From assembly GCA_963742415.1 (NCBI GenBank), contig CAVULX010000003.1:192001-256000 (forward strand): 64,000 nucleotides of DNA, written 5' to 3'. Shown one piece after another: positions 61,399 through 64,000 of this stretch. The translations under genes were made by a program, and so were the position numbers. The notes under the pieces were generated by a model. It saw nothing but the letters and a program-made list of their open reading frames with translations. It was not told the origin of the DNA and made no database searches. The first letter of the stretch is position 1, and every line of letters begins with the position of its first letter. The DNA comes from an uncultured Parachlamydiaceae bacterium (GTDB taxonomy: Bacteria; Chlamydiota; Chlamydiia; Chlamydiales; Parachlamydiaceae).

Positions 61399-64000
61399 AT
61401 ATTCATGAGGTTTGGTGTAAATGCCCCAGGGGCGGTCTTTTCTGCTTCCGTCCAACCACTGCTGCCAAAGACCCATGGGAGCTCCCCATGTACTTGTTGC
61501 ATCCACCCTCCATAACTCCAACTTCCCTGTGCCAGGGTTAACAACAAACGCAAACTGCTCCTTCATCCAATTCGTATCGGCGAACGCAATAGCTCGCGGC
61601 AAGGCAAAATCATTCCGGCGGGCCGCTTCAGCGATTTTGACATGCCAATCGATCGGAGCGCTGGTTTGCAAGCTTGTCAAACACAACAAAGCTTTAGCGA
61701 TATTTTGCAACGATTTGGCATTCCCATAGATCTCCCCCCCAGGTTGTGAAGGCAAGCTTTGATACAAGTCTAACATTTCCCTGCGCATCTTTTCAGAGAT
61801 CTCTGGAAAAGATTTAAACAACGTTTCCAGCCTGGCACTCATTTGATAAAAAGGAAACAAAGGGAGAAGTTCAAATAATAGGCTGTCGATATCATCCGGC
61901 GAAAGCGCGTTCATCCCTCTTCTCCGCAATCCTGGATCGTGCTCCATCGTATCCACCAGATGCTGCCTAAATTCCACAGGGGTCATAGTCCCATGGATCC
62001 TTTCAAATACCTTTCTAAAATAGTATTTAAAATCGTCCGGCACTAAAAGGAGAAGCTTTTGAATCAAATCGTTCATCATCCCTTCGTCCATAACGATCAT
62101 ATCGAGATACCGCTGTCTAGATTTGACCCATTGATCGCGCACCCATGTGTAAGTAAACGCTTCCGATTGCCACCCTTCATAAAACTCCGGATCTCGAGGC
62201 TTTAAAAGAAAGGCGTGCGTAGGGGAGTGCATCAGCATCGATTTTCTGTTTTCTTTAAAAAAATCTTGGATGAGCTTGGGAGGGATCTGCTTCAGGGTAT
62301 CCAAAAAAAAGACTAGCAGCTCCATCGGATTTTCCACCCAGCGGGCGATTTCAGTGGGCTTTTGCTCCAAACGGAAATAACAGCTGACGAGGCTTCCCAT
62401 GGTTCCGCCAGAAGTGTAGGCCCAAGGTTTTTTCTCGATTTGATCCAAATGGTTTAATGGATCTTGGATAGCCGCAGTGTGATGGACAGCGGCCATGCGA
62501 TAAAAGGCGGTTTCGAGAAACTCTTTGGTTTTAATATGGTTGACGATAGCGGTCACGATCTCGGTAAGTTCTTGCTGCAATCCTTGAAATTCATCTCTAG
62601 AGGCTAGCTCCACTTCAGTTGCAATAAAGAAACTGTTGAGCGAGGAGATAAACTCTTGGGGTGTATAAATATAAGTCCACTGTGAAGTATTGGCCCTCCC
62701 ATATTTATATAAGAGGCGAAAACCGGCCGGGCTATCATCGTAAGGGCCAACATTGACTTCATGCATGTCGGCATCGTAAACTTCTTGAAAGTATTGGGGA
62801 AATAGATGGTAGTAGGCGTCGATGAGGACGTCGTGCAGCCTGGCAATCCTTTGCCCTTTCTCTTGCTCTTTGTCGCGCAGCTCTTCGAGAAGGTAAAATT
62901 CATAGGTTTTTGTTTTATAATCTATCTTTAGCCACTCGACCTCTTTTTCCGTCGAAGCCCTTTTCATCCGCGCTTCCAGGTATTTGACTTGAGAATACAT
63001 GGTTTCATATTCGAGCTGTAGCTCCCGGACTTTCTGATTGTTGATATCAAGACGCCTTTGAAGAATTTCATAGATGCAAAATCCTATTCCCCCTTTTTCT
63101 TGAGCTCCCATGCCTAGGCTTGAGTAAAGATTCCACCGTGTGAATTCAGCTTTGGTTTCTGCAAAAGACGCCAGCGTAAATTCCCAGCACTTCAAAAGGG
63201 CATTATCTGCCATCGCTTTAAAGGCATTTTCCCCTTTTTCCAATAATAGATAGTAATTGGCGCAAAGCTGATTTTTGCCCCCCATTGTTTGAGGAGCCGA
63301 GGCTGATAGCAGCATCAAATTGCTTTGAAATGCTTCTTGGGGTCTATTATCATAATCGCGCAATTCTTGTTCGGTCAACCCTAAGTGGTTCATCAATATT
63401 TTTTGAAGAAGCATCTCTACGTTTAAAATGGTCTCTTTTTCTGGGATGAGACGCAAAATTGTCTCTTTTGCCCATTCAATTTTTTGTTTTAATGGCCATT
63501 CTGCAGAAATGAGCTCCATACTTTCCAGAGCCGCAATCAGTCCAGGAGAAAGCCAAATTTCGGAGGAATTGTTCTCCGCTTCCGGCTTAAAGATAAAGTT
63601 TTTCTTTAGATCTCCAGCTCCCCAGCTAATGCTTAAAGGCACAGAGTATTCAATCCCTCCGAAAGTGCGCTTCAAGCGTCCTGTGCCGAACAATTCATTC
63701 ATGTCTGTAAGGAAGAGGAGCGCTTGTTCATCATGCACAATGATGGCCGGAGCCGTCGCAAAGCACGATCCCACATTTTGACGGAGGTAACACATCCAGG
63801 CTGCCAAAACGGCACGCCGCGCATGGGCATCGGTGATAGGAGTATTGGGGGGAAGCTGCAACGTTTCCCGGATCACTTGATCCGCTTGCCGGTGCTGATG
63901 GGGTTTACTCATATGCTTCAGTAGCCTCATGGCCTCTTTATTCTGAAGCAAGATTTGCAAGACTTGAAGGATATGTTCTTGCCGATAGGAGTCATGCTGC
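61360..64000 (-). CDS. Large conserved chlamydial hypothetical protein (CT590-like by recollection); 5' end outside the window
   Basis: Open frame continues to the window edge; motifs LRQNVGSCFATAPAI and KPWAYTSGG; next to the tatD-dsbD-tol cluster. Confidence 0.7.
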   Translation of the reverse strand, partial: QHDSYRQEHILQVLQILLQNKEAMRLLKHMSKPHQHRQADQVIRETLQLPPNTPITDAHARRAVLAAWMCYLRQNVGSCFATAPAIIVHDEQALLFLTDMNELFGTGRLKRTFGGIEYSVPLSISWGAGDLKKNFIFKPEAENNSSEIWLSPGLIAALESMELISAEWPLKQKIEWAKETILRLIPEKETILNVEMLLQKILMNHLGLTEQELRDYDNRPQEAFQSNLMLLSASAPQTMGGKNQLCANYYLLLEKGENAFKAMADNALLKCWEFTLASFAETKAEFTRWNLYSSLGMGAQEKGGIGFCIYEILQRRLDINNQKVRELQLEYETMYSQVKYLEARMKRASTEKEVEWLKIDYKTKTYEFYLLEELRDKEQEKGQRIARLHDVLIDAYYHLFPQYFQEVYDADMHEVNVGPYDDSPAGFRLLYKYGRANTSQWTYIYTPQEFISSLNSFFIATEVELASRDEFQGLQQELTEIVTAIVNHIKTKEFLETAFYRMAAVHHTAAIQDPLNHLDQIEKKPWAYTSGGTMGSLVSCYFRLEQKPTEIARWVENPMELLVFFLDTLKQIPPKLIQDFFKENRKSMLMHSPTHAFLLKPRDPEFYEGWQSEAFTYTWVRDQWVKSRQRYLDMIVMDEGMMNDLIQKLLLLVPDDFKYYFRKVFERIHGTMTPVEFRQHLVDTMEHDPGLRRRGMNALSPDDIDSLLFELLPLFPFYQMSARLETLFKSFPEISEKMRREMLDLYQSLPSQPGGEIYGNAKSLQNIAKALLCLTSLQTSAPIDWHVKIAEAARRNDFALPRAIAFADTNWMKEQFAFVVNPGTGKLELWRVDATSTWGAPMGLWQQWLDGSRKDRPWGIYTKPHEYLLHTEQAAGIIR

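Noticed and set aside
715-63924. Numerous short antisense or alternative-frame ORFs inside housekeeping genes
   Set aside because: Shadow ORFs of well-supported genes with no independent evidence.

Overview
This is a chromosomal segment of an environmental chlamydia (Parachlamydiales-like). The assignment rests on chlamydia-type gene order (glmM-glmS-tyrP; cysJ-like/ispF; tatD-dsbD-tolQ-tolR-tolA-tolB-pal-LysM) together with genes that Chlamydia trachomatis lacks (murI, metK, carAB, xfp/ackA). The housekeeping backbone is interrupted by AT-rich orphan ORFs that look like host-targeted effectors: a four-repeat eukaryote-type Myb protein with NLS-like motifs, a protein ending in a VPS9 (Rab5-GEF)-like motif set, a glycosyltransferase with a long N-terminal extension, a lipase and two Inc-like membrane proteins. 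There is also a tandem pair of Cys-rich beta-barrel proteins resembling inverse autotransporters. Intergenic DNA carries several families of palindromic MITE/REP-like repeats, some nested and some showing compensatory base changes, plus an array of six 86-bp units inside ~96-bp inverted repeats and a candidate structured leader RNA. lepA and the thiamine pyrophosphokinase gene (1.4-4 kb) are broken by many small insertions that are most likely sequencing errors. All calls come from reading motifs by eye; no database searches were run.
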